A DNA stretch of 64,000 nt from the NCBI GenBank assembly GCA_965226245.1, contig CBDDCL010000009.1, positions 9,624 through 73,623 of the forward strand, written 5' to 3'. The position numbers were made by a program, and so were the translations under genes. The stretch's first letter is position 1. Every line of letters begins with the position of its first letter. Below the pieces are notes generated by a model. That model was not told the origin of the DNA, searched no databases, and saw only the letters and a program-made list of their open reading frames with translations. Source of the DNA: Bryobacterales bacterium. Lineage in GTDB: Bacteria; Acidobacteriota; Terriglobia; Bryobacterales; UBA6623. This document shows, piece after piece, positions 1 to 9,946 of the stretch.

Positions 1-256
1 ACGAGAGTGGCAGAAGGAGTCGGGCTACCGACAGCAGGCGCGCGTTGAAAACAGCTTCTTTCGATACAAATCCGTGCTCGGAGGCGGATTGAAGGCGAGG
101 CACGGCAAGGCACAAAGGAGAGAAGTTGCGATCGGGTGTCACATCCTCAACCGGATGGCCGAGCTGGGTAGGCCGAAATCCTGCGCTGTGGTGTCCTGAA
201 CGAGAAGTTGGAAAAGCGCCCCCACTCGCGCCGCAGTTGAATCATGCAACAGCGCC
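1..256 (+). mobile_element. IS5-family (IS903 group) element, right end with transposase C-terminus (2-199)
   Basis: Frame from base 2 reads REWQKESGYRQQARVENSFFRYKSVLGGGLKAR...NRMAELGRPKS*; terminal ATCATGCAACAGCGCC (241-256) resembles an IS903-type IR. Confidence 0.8.
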
Positions 257-264
257 GTACATGA

Positions 265-843
265 CTAGAACCCAACAAAGATGCCGATGCTGGACTCGAG
301 AACATTCAGAGTATGATCCTCGACACCGCGTATAGAGTACATGCGCACATCGAAGCGAAGGCCGACAGGCGCCATCACCTCCAGATTCAACCCGCCCCCA
401 TAGTTAAAACTGAACTTCGTCCCGAAGCTGGAAGACCCGCTGCCTCCCGCACGAACGAGACCCCCACCGGCTGTCGCGTAAGGCCGGAATCTGGGTGCGG
501 GCAATTCCAGCCGCAGATTCGTACTGAAGAGAAAGGCATTGCCGTCGCTGTCAATGAAATTCGGACTGTACGCGACGGTGTGCTCCAATCCCAGTGGCGC
601 CGCAGAACGATACAGCCGCACTCCGAAGATTCCAAAGTCCTTGGGGTCAATCTGGAAGCCTGAAAGATCGTCCGGGGAGTTTATAGACGGCACTCCGATG
701 GCCCCGCCCACCCCGCCCACTCCTGAACTCAGAGTGAGGGTGCCCGGGTGCTGGAAGCCTCCAAACACTGTAAAGTCCTGAGCATGGAGCGTACCTGTGA
801 ACCCCGTCCACGCCACAATCAGAAATCCGAGGAAATATCTCAT
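265..843 (-). CDS. Outer membrane beta-barrel protein (OmpA/opacity-like)
   Basis: Signal peptide MRYFLGFLIVAW..LHAQ, PYATAGGG and NYGGG strands, C-terminal aromatic (IFVGF). Confidence 0.75.
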   Translation of the reverse strand: MRYFLGFLIVAWTGFTGTLHAQDFTVFGGFQHPGTLTLSSGVGGVGGAIGVPSINSPDDLSGFQIDPKDFGIFGVRLYRSAAPLGLEHTVAYSPNFIDSDGNAFLFSTNLRLELPAPRFRPYATAGGGLVRAGGSGSSSFGTKFSFNYGGGLNLEVMAPVGLRFDVRMYSIRGVEDHTLNVLESSIGIFVGF

Positions 844-975
844 CTGAAAATTATAATCAATCCATGTCGCCGTCCAACCGCCGCTGTACCAAAACAGGTG
901 AGACCCCTGCCTGACCCCGGCGGGCAAAGTAGGGGTAGACCCAACAGTCGTGCTCTGAGCCGCCATTTGGATCAT

Positions 976-1810
976 TCGAGCGGCAGCCGGTTGGCACCGG
1001 TCACCCAGATTTCCTTGCAGCGCAACTGCTCGCGCAGAGCTTCGAGGACGCAGATCTCATACGTGATCCGGTTGACGCGTTGCCGTCCCTGCGCGTCCTT
1101 CTCTATCACGGCCTCGCGCCAAAGTCCGCGCACGACGCCATCCAGCGGCACCTGTACCTCGACTGGGAACGTGCGTCCTTTGGTGCCGGCGTAACGCTTC
1201 ACGAGGTCGAGCGCCTGGATGGCCGGGCGATGGCGCTCGTTGTTGGAGCGGAAGTTCAGCACCTGAAGAACCTGTGGCACCATACGCCTGTAGTGGCTCT
1301 TGTAGGAATTCCGGATCACCGTGCGTAGGGTGGTGCGATAGGCCGGTCCCGTCGCCTTCCACTCCTTTACCAGATTGCGTAGGGTCTCCTCGCTGACAAC
1401 GGGGAACACGACCTCGCGCACGATCCCATCCGGTTTTTCGAGCGTGGCGTCGGCGACCTCGAACAGGAGGTTCTGCTTGCCGGTCACGCGCTTGATGTCG
1501 TCCAGCAATTCGCGGTCGACCTTGCGCTCGGCGCGCGCACCGATGTGGTGGATGGTTACAATCAGCAGCTCGACCAAGTCATCAATGAGGGTGCGGCCGC
1601 GTAGATGGGCGAAGGCCGCCAGCCAGGTAAGCCGGGCTGCCTCCGGATGCCGGCGCAGTTCATAAGGCGCTTCGATTGCGACACGCTGCCGGTAGCGCTC
1701 CAGTTCCTGCGGCAGCGCATGGTCAAACAGATCTGCTGGCAGTTCGAGCCGGCGAATCAGTTCCAACTTGGCCAACTCGTCCTGCACGCTGGCGAGGCTC
1801 GGCCGCCCGA
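976..1810 (-). pseudogene. tnpA: Tn3-family transposase internal fragment
   Basis: LIDDLVELL, FRSNN..HRP, RITYEICVLEALREQLRCKEIWVTGANR motifs; truncated at both ends. Confidence 0.85.
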
Positions 1811-1937
1811 GAAATTTCTAGAGACTCGCCGGGCGCTTCTCGCCTCGCACATCAATGCGTTTCTCGACGGTATCACTGTAACGGAAGAGTCTTTCGTGCC
1901 CGCCGTGATCGAGGATCTCATCAAGGAAGGTGAGAGC
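1811..1937 (+). pseudogene. Short remnant resembling the junction of a DUF262/GmrSD-type protein with an AlbA/Schlafen domain
   Basis: FLETRRALLASHINAFLDGITVTEE...IEDLIKEGES; recalled motif similarity only. Confidence 0.35.
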
Positions 1938-2228
1938 GGTGTCGCCAATTAAATCGGTACTGCAATACCGTTTCGCAACGCCCAAGCCCTAGAAGACCCG
2001 TCGGGTGCCGGATCGTTGCGTAACTGAGTTCCCTTTTTGCGCCACCCGTCCGCCGAGGGGCGCAGTGGGCTGTTCACCGGGGTTGCTGTGGTCCCGTGGG
2101 GCAGTGCGAAGTTCAAGCAGAAGTGTCTTGGAAATCAGGGGGAAATGCCGGAGGCCGGTGTTGGGTATCATTACGTAGTCCGTTATATGAGGGGATCCGT
2201 GATACGGTCGTTCGCCGATACGATCACT

Positions 2229-3152
2229 TCAAACAGGCACTCCTACTCCGTAATGCCGATTCTCGGAGAACTCCGTATAAACGCAATGATGCTTGAGAAA
2301 CGAGCCCAATGCATCAAGCGATATGTGTTGTCCTGCTACGTCTTTGGGAGAGAGCACGATGGTAAGTCGATCGGTGAATACCCTCTCAGAGCACGCTGCA
2401 ATAAAGGATCTCACGATCTCTCTGACAACTTCTTCCCTAGTCTGGGTGAGTCTTGAAAATCCAGTACCAAGTGCTGGCATAACGATGGGCTCTTTCAGAC
2501 CACGAGATCCGACGTACACCCACAGTTCCGCCAGGGAGACCCTCAACATATCGAAGCTACCTTTAGCCACCCCGTGTTCATTGATATCCGCAATTGCCAG
2601 GAAGTAAGCCCTGCGGTTCTTCCGATCAAGTCGGGCGGCCGTTCCTACCGGGTACTTTTTGGCTTTGCCTTCGCGCACGCCCTGCAATTGCTCAAAATCA
2701 ATGTTGCCCAAACCGACCAAGAGTTCATTGTCAAGCTGGGCCTCGTCAGCATAGTACCTCTTGGTGAATATCCCCTGAACGCTGTCCTCCGCAATCAGCT
2801 GGGGGGAGATCCGCGTGTCGAAAGTTGTGTTGCTTCCGACAATTAGAGCACCCGGAAACGAGAACACATCGCCAATAGCGATTTCGACGGTAACGTCGCG
2901 TCCGTTCAGCTTGTGAGCAACCGACATCTGCGGCCTACACTTCGCACATGCGATTATTACGCCGACCAAGGCGAACAACCACCAGTAGCCTCGTAGCGTA
3001 GCCGGAAGGGTCGTCTCCTTTAAAAAGAAGTCTGTGATTTCAACGACAAGCCAGAGGGGGCCAAAGGAACCTATGACAGCAGTGATGGCCCGAACCGAGA
3101 TTAGGTTCCTCACCCATGTCCACGCCATCAAATGAAACTGTACCAGCGTCAC
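2229..3152 (-). CDS. thsA: Thoeris ThsA, TM-macro type effector
   Basis: Two N-terminal TM helices then macro domain (GDVF, VGSNTTFD, SVQG.F, MPALGTGFSR); GTG start overlaps thsB stop. Confidence 0.85.
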   Translation of the reverse strand: MTLVQFHLMAWTWVRNLISVRAITAVIGSFGPLWLVVEITDFFLKETTLPATLRGYWWLFALVGVIIACAKCRPQMSVAHKLNGRDVTVEIAIGDVFSFPGALIVGSNTTFDTRISPQLIAEDSVQGIFTKRYYADEAQLDNELLVGLGNIDFEQLQGVREGKAKKYPVGTAARLDRKNRRAYFLAIADINEHGVAKGSFDMLRVSLAELWVYVGSRGLKEPIVMPALGTGFSRLTQTREEVVREIVRSFIAACSERVFTDRLTIVLSPKDVAGQHISLDALGSFLKHHCVYTEFSENRHYGVGVPV

Positions 3153-3652
3153 AGTCCGAGGCCTGAGTAGACGTCAGCCTTGTAGTAGTACGGTCCAGTC
3201 TCCAGTCTCTTCCGGCGCTGCTCGTGAGACTCCGGCCAATTATCGAGGGCATGCTGCATGATTGCTGCGTTGAAGCTAACATGGATGGCGAGCTCATCCC
3301 TGAGCACCGGAGGACATCGGTCATGGTCCATGGAGCGCCTTCCGTTGAGGTTCACGGCAATGATCGGAAGATCCCGTTTGATTGCCTGCTCAATCTCCCA
3401 CCGCACAAACTTTTGTAGATACCGAGTGTGCTCACCTACCAGAAGAACGAATACCCTGGAATTGCGCATTCTCTCCGCCAGCTGGGCCTTGATGGAGGCT
3501 TCTTGGCTCGAATCCCGTGCGGTGTTCAGATCGTGAGCGTTATAGAAGTTGAACGCAATGCCGTCGTTTTGCTTCCAAGCTTGCATCAGCCGGTAGTAAA
3601 CCATGTCCGTATCCCCATCGAAGGAGACGAAGGACTTATTTCGATACGGCAT
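3149..3652 (-). CDS. thsB: Thoeris ThsB TIR-domain protein (DUF1863/MTH538-like)
   Basis: FVSFDGD, F.FYNAHDLN.ARD.S.E.SIK..L.ERM, VLLVGE.T, WEIEQA, PIIAVNLNG. Confidence 0.9.
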   Translation of the reverse strand: MPYRNKSFVSFDGDTDMVYYRLMQAWKQNDGIAFNFYNAHDLNTARDSSQEASIKAQLAERMRNSRVFVLLVGEHTRYLQKFVRWEIEQAIKRDLPIIAVNLNGRRSMDHDRCPPVLRDELAIHVSFNAAIMQHALDNWPESHEQRRKRLETGPYYYKADVYSGLGL

Positions 3653-3724
3653 ACTCAATCCTCTTCGGCGACGCTAACGCCCACGGCGCCTGGACCGACT
3701 CAGAGCTTATTTCATTATGTGTAA

Positions 3725-4254
3725 CCTGAATTATGCACTGCGGCGTGGACCTGAGGAGGGCTGAGCCGCAAGGGACCATTGGGAACCCCCGAAAACATGG
3801 GGTAAAAAGGTAGGCTGGCAAAGATCCCAGCTTCGCCAGCCAACCCCAAGGAGGTCACCCACATGGTTACCAGACGAAAACAGCATAGCTCCCAAAGGCC
3901 CGTCCAACAAGGCCCAGCCGTGACGGCCTCGCGACCCAATAAAATCGGGGCTTCGACGCCTTACCACTTCCGCGGCAAGAAGCCGACTCCCTACGGCGGC
4001 TTTCTGCCGGTGGTCGGGAGGGCGCTGATCTGAGAGCCTGGCTATGCGCTATGCATAAAATTTTATGCACTAGCCGTAACGCACTGGAAACACGTCACTT
4101 CCGAGCGAGGTTTTGACGACGCGGAATCTGGGCGGGAAGGGAAACCGGGGACGGAGAAGCCAAAAGACCAGTTGCCGAGCTACCACCTCACGACGACCGC
4201 CAACCCGCTACGAACGCAGCCACACTCGCAAAGTGAATCTGTGCATAATTCAGG
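3725..4254 (+). mobile_element. 530-bp non-autonomous IS1380-family derivative (MITE), copy 1
   Basis: Ends CCTGAATTATGCAC / GTGCATAATTCAGG as in full IS at 16407 and 44756; 5-bp TSD TGTAA (3720-3724, 4255-4259). Confidence 0.9.
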
Positions 4255-4284
4255 TGTAACCATACTTGTGGGGTATCCATTTCA

Positions 4285-4793
4285 CCAGGATTTCCTTTTT
4301 GGCCGTCCTGGAACGTATACGATAGCCGACTACCGGCTGCGATGCAACGGTTTTCGCACTGCTGCCAGATTCGGTACTCCTTTCGCTGCCGCTCCGGCGA
4401 AGCCAGAGGGCCCTTTAGCAACACCTCTCCCGCGCCGACCCTCCTCGTAGCCCGCCAAGCGGCTGTAGACCGACTGCCGCAACAGATCAGCGAACGTGAA
4501 CTGCTTGTTTGTGCCTTGTCGGGAGTCGCTGAGATGTTCGTCAATCAGTTCTCCGAGACCAAGTCGTTCGTCCAGTTCGCGAACCAAAATCAGGCCACCG
4601 TCGGAAGTGACGTGCGATCCCTGGAAATCGACTTTCAACAAGCCGTTGAAACTTAGCTGGAATGGCTTGGTTTGTTTTTCACCCATTGGGTGTCGGCCTC
4701 CCTGGCGTCCTCATCGGGCTCTAGCCCCTATGAATAAAGACGCTCAAGGCCGCCGGAAGGTCGGGATGTCAAACACCAAATTGAAAATGCGGG
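4285..4793 (-). mobile_element. Internally deleted IS1380-family element (second IS1380 type)
   Basis: IRs CCAGGATTTCC (4285) and GAAAATGCGGG (to 4793); transposase 5' part MGEKQTKPFQLSFNG matches 59321-60652; TTCA on both flanks. Confidence 0.8.
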
Positions 4794-5042
4794 TTCAAAG
4801 AGCTTGACGCCAGCACGCCACAGGACCGTGGCGTCTCGCGCGCGGTTCATGGCCGAAACGAAGGTCACAAACAGGCGCACCGATCGGTCCGGCGTGCCGA
4901 AAGCACGCAGTTGCTGCACGCATTTGACTCCCGGCATTCGCGACCATGCAGTGCCCGACGCCATGTCTCTCGCGGAGAGGTCAAGCCCGTCATCGTAGAA
5001 GTCGCGGGCGATCATCTCGGCCAGTCGGGCGGTGTCAGGCAT
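4794..5042 (-). pseudogene. Hypothetical protein N-terminal part, cut by IS1380 derivative
   Basis: MPDTARLAEM...RLFVTFVSAMNRARDATVLWRAGVKLFE runs into the IS end. Confidence 0.5.
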
Positions 5043-5158
5043 GTCTGGTCAGTCTACCCCATGGTGGTTGAAGCCAGCCGAGCGGGAACTTTAATACAGC
5101 ACGATAAAGTATGTTATCGTTCTATGTCTCAGGATCACCCCGTTTCGTCTTCTTGAAC

Positions 5159-5283
5159 CCCCTTTCCCTCGCCACGGATGATTCCAGATCGGTCCTCGCC
5201 GTCAAGGGTTCGCTGCGCCGCTTCGCGCCCTGGACGGCTGCGGGCCGATTCGGGAGACGTGGCTGTTTACGAGGGAAAGGGGA
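5159..5283 (-). promoter_or_regulatory. Long plasmid-type stem-loop containing a sigma70-like promoter (Frpo/ssi-like)
   Basis: CCCTTTCCCTCG...CGAGGGAAAGGG outer stem, CCGTCAAGGG...CCCTGGACGG inner stem; homologous copy, inverted, at about 41713-41836. Confidence 0.55.
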
Positions 5284-5807
5284 TGTCCCGGCGTCCGCCG
5301 GCCCAGATCAGCGAGTGCGCACGTCTAATCCGCGCCTCGAGTTCGATTGCCGGCACGGGTTTGATGTCCGTGTCACCCCCCGCGACAACTAGGGTGTACT
5401 CCGGCGCGTCTCCGTACTGCTTGGGAAAAGCCTCGCGCGCCCCGATCTGGTTCTTGACGCGTTCGCCGGGTGGATATCCAGCGATGTCCAAGATGACGCT
5501 CTTGCGTCCCTCGTCGACGAGTGCAAGTTGCACAAAGGAAGGTATGAGCAACGTTTGCGTAACAACCACGGAACAATCCGGACCTCAATTCTGCACCCAG
5601 GAACAAAAGACACGATGGGTGAAAGAGCAGTAAGCGACGGGAGCAAGAAGCAAAAGCTTGGAACATGGAGCTGGATTATTCAATCGGGCACTGTCAAGTG
5701 AACGCATTACAAGCTGAGATAACCCTAAAATATCAGTAGCAAAAACCACCCCGGAATACTCGATGTGGTGGCTTGGTTCTTCGGAAACCAGTTCACCTGA
5801 CAATACC

Positions 5808-6500
5808 CTATTCGAGCATGACGTATTGCTCCAGGCGGGCGACCTCCTGCTCATCCACGTACTTGCCGATCTCCCGGCGGAACTGCTCCATGCTCTGGTA
5901 GGGCCGGTACTCCTTGAACTCATGGAGCAAACGCTCGCCCACGCCCGGGATGGCGAGGATCTCTTCATCGCTGGCGGTATTGAGGTTGATGGGCACGAAA
6001 ACATATTGCTCCAGGCGGGCGACCTCCTGCTCATCCACGTATTTGCCGATCTCCCGGCGGAATTGATCGATGGCCTGATAGGGACGGTATTCCTCGAACT
6101 CGTGAGCGATCCGGGGACCCACGCCCGGAACCAGCTGAAAGTCCTTTTTGGGAGTGGTATTGAGATTCATGGGGACAAACAGATTCACGTAAAGCTCCCC
6201 CTGCTGCTCCTGGCTGAGGGATTCGTTCAGCCGCGCCGCTAGCTCGGTCATGCTCAAGAAGGGGCGTTCCTCCAGAATCATTGCCACCAGGGTTTCATCC
6301 AGCTGGGGCAACGCCAGGAGTTCCTCTTCGCCGGCCTGGTTGGGGTTCAAAACGACGGCACTCTCCATCGGCTCTGGGGTCGGCTCGGCGACGGGAGCCT
6401 CGGCCGCCTCTTCGGTGACCGTTTCAGCGCAGCCCGCCAAGCCCCCGGCCAGGATAAGCGGCATGAACAGGGTGTGAATCAGTCTTTTTCTCGAGTTCAT
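5808..6500 (-). CDS. Lipoprotein with tandem helix-hairpin-helix (ComEA-like) domains
   Basis: Lipobox LAGC; NLNTA..EE..AIPGVG.R...EF.EYRPY units; 180-bp internal duplication. Confidence 0.8.
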   Translation of the reverse strand: MNSRKRLIHTLFMPLILAGGLAGCAETVTEEAAEAPVAEPTPEPMESAVVLNPNQAGEEELLALPQLDETLVAMILEERPFLSMTELAARLNESLSQEQQGELYVNLFVPMNLNTTPKKDFQLVPGVGPRIAHEFEEYRPYQAIDQFRREIGKYVDEQEVARLEQYVFVPINLNTASDEEILAIPGVGERLLHEFKEYRPYQSMEQFRREIGKYVDEQEVARLEQYVMLE

Positions 6501-6982
6501 TTTGTTTCTCCTGGGTCCTCAGGGGGACCTCCATTGAATCGATTCAGTCGCGGGTGCCGGTAGGTGTAGGTCAGCCCCACCAGCCCCAGAGTCATCATCA
6601 TCCCCGGTGCCAGGGTGGGTGTGGCTCCCATGATCGACTCCCCAAAAAGCTCCAGCCCTTTTCGGGAAGGATACATCTCCAGCTCGAACTCCACATTCCC
6701 CTGATAGTGCAGAACGCATCCCACCACCCCACTCAGGACGAATAGCAGCATGGCTCCCTGAAACACCCTCATCACCGCCGGTCCCGGCTTGAGCGTGGCC
6801 CAACATAACACGGCCAGGGCCAGGACGATGAGAACCAGAGGCACTCGTTGCCAGAAGCCGTCGGTATGCCCCATCAAGAGCAGTTCGGCGCCGGTGCCCA
6901 CCAGGCCGGTTAAAAGGATGGCCATCAAGAACCAACGAAGGGTACTCAGGGTTCTGGTTTCGCCGTGCTCATTCGCCGCCAA
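6497..6982 (-). CDS. Four-TM membrane protein
   Basis: Hydrophobic segments, ELLLMGH and P.LAPG motifs; stop overlaps the HhH lipoprotein start; TTG start inferred. Confidence 0.65.
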   Translation of the reverse strand: MAANEHGETRTLSTLRWFLMAILLTGLVGTGAELLLMGHTDGFWQRVPLVLIVLALAVLCWATLKPGPAVMRVFQGAMLLFVLSGVVGCVLHYQGNVEFELEMYPSRKGLELFGESIMGATPTLAPGMMMTLGLVGLTYTYRHPRLNRFNGGPPEDPGETK

Positions 6983-7129
6983 GGCTATTCTTTCTTTCTG
7001 CAATGGTGAGATCGGGATGCGCCGAATTATATCAGCTTCGTGAGAGGGCCGAGAGCGGCCGCCTAACCCTGCAACTCTTGACATCCCCCGGGAGATTTTA
7101 ATCGGTTGCAAAAAGCCCTGAAGGCAGCA

Positions 7130-7690
7130 ATGGTCCAAGACAGTGATCCTTACGATGTAGTAGTGGTCGGTGCGGGAGTGGTCGGCATCATTGTGGCGGC
7201 GAAGATTGCTCAAAAAGGAGTTCACCTGCGAACGAAAGGTCGACTTCGAGTGGCCCTGATGGAGAGAGGTCCCTACCTGAAGGGGACACCGCGACCGGGC
7301 TACGGTCATCCCCTGCGCCGGCGCATGTTCACCAATGTGATGAGTGAGTTTCGAGAGGGTCGCCGCTATCTGATGGAAGTTCCTCAGGGTCCAGGCGGAA
7401 CCTATGGCTATCCCATTCCCGCCGCATCGACCGTGGGGGGTGGTTCCCTTCACTACGGAGCCGAAACCCGGGATCCTCATTCCGTGGACTACCTGGCCTG
7501 GCAGGACGAGACGGGGGTCGATTGGACCGAAGCCAGAATGCAGTCCGCCGGCCAGGAAATCCACCGCATGTCAAGCATCCATGAACGACCCCGCCAGCTG
7601 GTGGGTCAATTCTGCCTGGAATTCGGTCAGGCGGGAAGGGATCTCGGTTTCGAGGTCCATCCCACCTACGTGGCCAAGCGCAACTGCTCT
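7130..7690 (+). pseudogene. GMC-family oxidoreductase N-terminal fragment
   Basis: YDVVVVGAGVVG FAD motif, ERGP, VGGGSLHYGA; truncated. Confidence 0.75.
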
Positions 7691-7779
7691 GTTTGTTCGT
7701 CCGCCACAACCTCTCCACCCGTCGGCACATCTCCTTGAGCCGTCCCTCGCAGGTCTGTGGTCGGTCTTCTGCCACGCCC

Positions 7780-7914
7780 GGCGAAGGGAGCTTACCCCAA
7801 CGACTTGCACAAAGGAACGGTTTTGCAATGATCCGGTGCCGAACGTGTTTTCAATGGCTTAGGCGTTGCGAAACGGTATTGCAAAACCAATGTGATTAGC
7901 GATACCTTTATGCA
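7780..7914. promoter_or_regulatory. Probable res site upstream of resolvase
   Basis: Dyads TTGCAC..TTGCAA and GTTGCGAAACGGTATTGCAA directly upstream of a serine recombinase. Confidence 0.55.
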
Positions 7915-8469
7915 ATGTTGATCGGTTACGCCCGCGTTTCCACAGACGATCAGGACACCGCTGCTCAAGTGGCCGCGTTGCAAGCGGCTGGGTGCGAACG
8001 CATCTTTCGCGACAAGGCTTCCGGGGGACGTTGGGACCGGCCCCAATTCCTCCGGCTCCTCAATCAACTTCGCGCCGGTGATGTGGTCGTTGTCTGGAAG
8101 CTGGATCGGCTGTCGCGCTCTCTGCGCGACGTGCTCACGATCATGGAGCAGCTCGGGGAAGCCGGAGCGGGATTCCGTAGCTTGACCGAGGCGATCGACA
8201 CGACCACTCCGGCCGGCCGGATGATGATGCAAATGGTGGGGGCCTTCGCGGAGTTCGAGCGCGCCATGCTGCGGGAACGCACCCAGGCCGGAGTCGATGC
8301 CGCCCGTCAGGAAGGCCGCGTCGGGGGACGCCGCCCCAAGCTCTCCCCGCAACAGCAATCCGAGATTCGAAAGATGGTTTCGGAAGGAGATAAGACCGCC
8401 GCCGCCGCTGCACGCCTCTTCAAGGTCCACCCAGCCACCGTCTCGCGGCTGCTCGAGCGAAAGCCCTAG
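7915..8469 (+). CDS. Serine recombinase (resolvase/invertase)
   Basis: IGYARVST, VVWKLDRLSRS, FAEFER, C-terminal HTH. Confidence 0.95.
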   Translation: MLIGYARVSTDDQDTAAQVAALQAAGCERIFRDKASGGRWDRPQFLRLLNQLRAGDVVVVWKLDRLSRSLRDVLTIMEQLGEAGAGFRSLTEAIDTTTPAGRMMMQMVGAFAEFERAMLRERTQAGVDAARQEGRVGGRRPKLSPQQQSEIRKMVSEGDKTAAAAARLFKVHPATVSRLLERKP

Positions 8470-8769
8470 ACGGCTTCGAACCACGTCACGGCCGCACTCG
8501 CCGAGGACCACCAAAAGATGACCGCACACATCACGAAATTGACCGCCGCCTACGACGCTCTGATCAACTCGTACAACGACTTGACCAACGCCTACAACGC
8601 TCTGAGGAGGGATTTAACAGAGCTCATTCGTTGATCCACGCCGAGGCCGAGCAGAAGCGGAAGGCAGGGCACCTGCGGAACCGCGTTAAGGGTCGAATCG
8701 AGAGCCTTATCCAAGGCAGAGCGCGCAGTCGCGGCCATGACTTCAGCCGGTAGTTTCGAGTGAGAGTTG

Positions 8770-9054
8770 TCATGCTCGCTCTTTGACCTCCCGTTCCTCT
8801 AACAACCGCGCCCCGCAGTCGGCGCACACGTCCGCAGGGGCCAGCTCGATTGTTGTGACGGCCTGCATGGTGAGGGTTCTGTCGTTTCCGCCGCAGGCGT
8901 CCAAGCGGCATTGCTCGCAGACGTAGGGGCCGCCGGTCGGCTTCGGGTTGCGCCATGCGCCGCCCCGTGCCAACGCCCAATACCTGGTCATGGTTCCTTC
9001 CGCATTTCCAGCCATGTCCAGGCTGCGTCCAACCGTCTTCTTTTTGACTGCCAT
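8770..9054 (-). CDS. Small hypothetical protein with two CxxC pairs
   Basis: CEQC and CADC motifs, ATG start. Confidence 0.5.
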   Translation of the reverse strand: MAVKKKTVGRSLDMAGNAEGTMTRYWALARGGAWRNPKPTGGPYVCEQCRLDACGGNDRTLTMQAVTTIELAPADVCADCGARLLEEREVKERA

Positions 9055-9183
9055 AGATGGCCGTATGATACACAGTTTTGTGAGACAGCAAAACAGGACG
9101 GTTTCGGTCGGGGTTTCAGCCCCGAAACCGGGCCCCCGGAAAACGTCTCGTCAAACGTTCGGGGGTCCGCCCGACGCAAGCAA

Positions 9184-9672
9184 TCAGAGCCGTGTGTCGT
9201 CCTTCAGCCACTGTGCAAGTGCCTTGTCGGGATCGGCGATCTCCTCAATCGAGCCGTACCAATAGGCCTCCCAGCCCGTCTCCGGCAGGCCGGTGAATAC
9301 CATCAGGTTCAGCGGATAGGCCTCGCTGTCGGTGCAGCGGCGAAAGTCGTCCCGGAACAGAAACACCGGCTTCTCCCCGGCGATCGCCATGCCCAGCTCC
9401 ACCATCACCCCCTCGTCCGGGGGGCAACCGTTGACCACCGCGAACAGTCCGTCGGCATCCCGTACGTCGTGAAGGTCGGCCTGTCCTATCCGGTATGCCC
9501 AACCGGGGCCTGCCCGGTCGATCTGGTTGTTGCGGGCGAACGGCTCCCATACCTGCACGCCCATCGCCTCCAGGGCCGCCACGAGCGCCGCCAGCGGCCC
9601 CTCGCGCTGCTGCGAGGAGAAGCCGTATGGGTTCGCCAGATACAGGGTCTTCTTGTCTGAGGTCATGTTCAT
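9184..9672 (-). CDS. Nucleoside 2-deoxyribosyltransferase family protein
   Basis: LYLANPYGFS, D.GVMVELGMA, NLMV motifs. Confidence 0.85.
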   Translation of the reverse strand: MNMTSDKKTLYLANPYGFSSQQREGPLAALVAALEAMGVQVWEPFARNNQIDRAGPGWAYRIGQADLHDVRDADGLFAVVNGCPPDEGVMVELGMAIAGEKPVFLFRDDFRRCTDSEAYPLNLMVFTGLPETGWEAYWYGSIEEIADPDKALAQWLKDDTRL

Positions 9673-9946
9673 GCACCTGCTTGTCTCGCCCGCCGCCCGT
9701 TCATGCCGAGGAAAATCTGGGGCGCCTTTTTCTTGAATGCTTCCGGGCAATGCACATCGCACGGGTCCGTCAGCAGCAACGCCTTCGACACCGCCCGCGA
9801 CGAAGCAAGCGGCCACCGCGCTCACCACAGGTGCAGCGTCGAGGGTTGCCCGAGACGGATCGACTTCTCCCGCGCCGCAGGCTTTGAGACTTCGGCTACC
9901 TCCGGCAGCCGCTTGTAGTCTTTGGAAATCATGTCTTTTCTTCCGT

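Noticed and set aside
4255-4440. Possible third Thoeris gene interrupted by the MITEs
   Set aside because: Reconstructed pre-insertion sequence gives only a short frame (..FEMDTPQVWLHIMK*) with no TIR or SIR2 motif
6983-7564. N-terminal extension of the 355-aa ORF 6497-7564
   Set aside because: Antisense to the GMC oxidoreductase fragment; only the C-terminal membrane portion looks real
8540-8610. 42-bp-period repeat CGCCTACRACGCTCTGA
   Set aside because: Explained by a coiled-coil coding repeat in a decayed mobilisation-type gene
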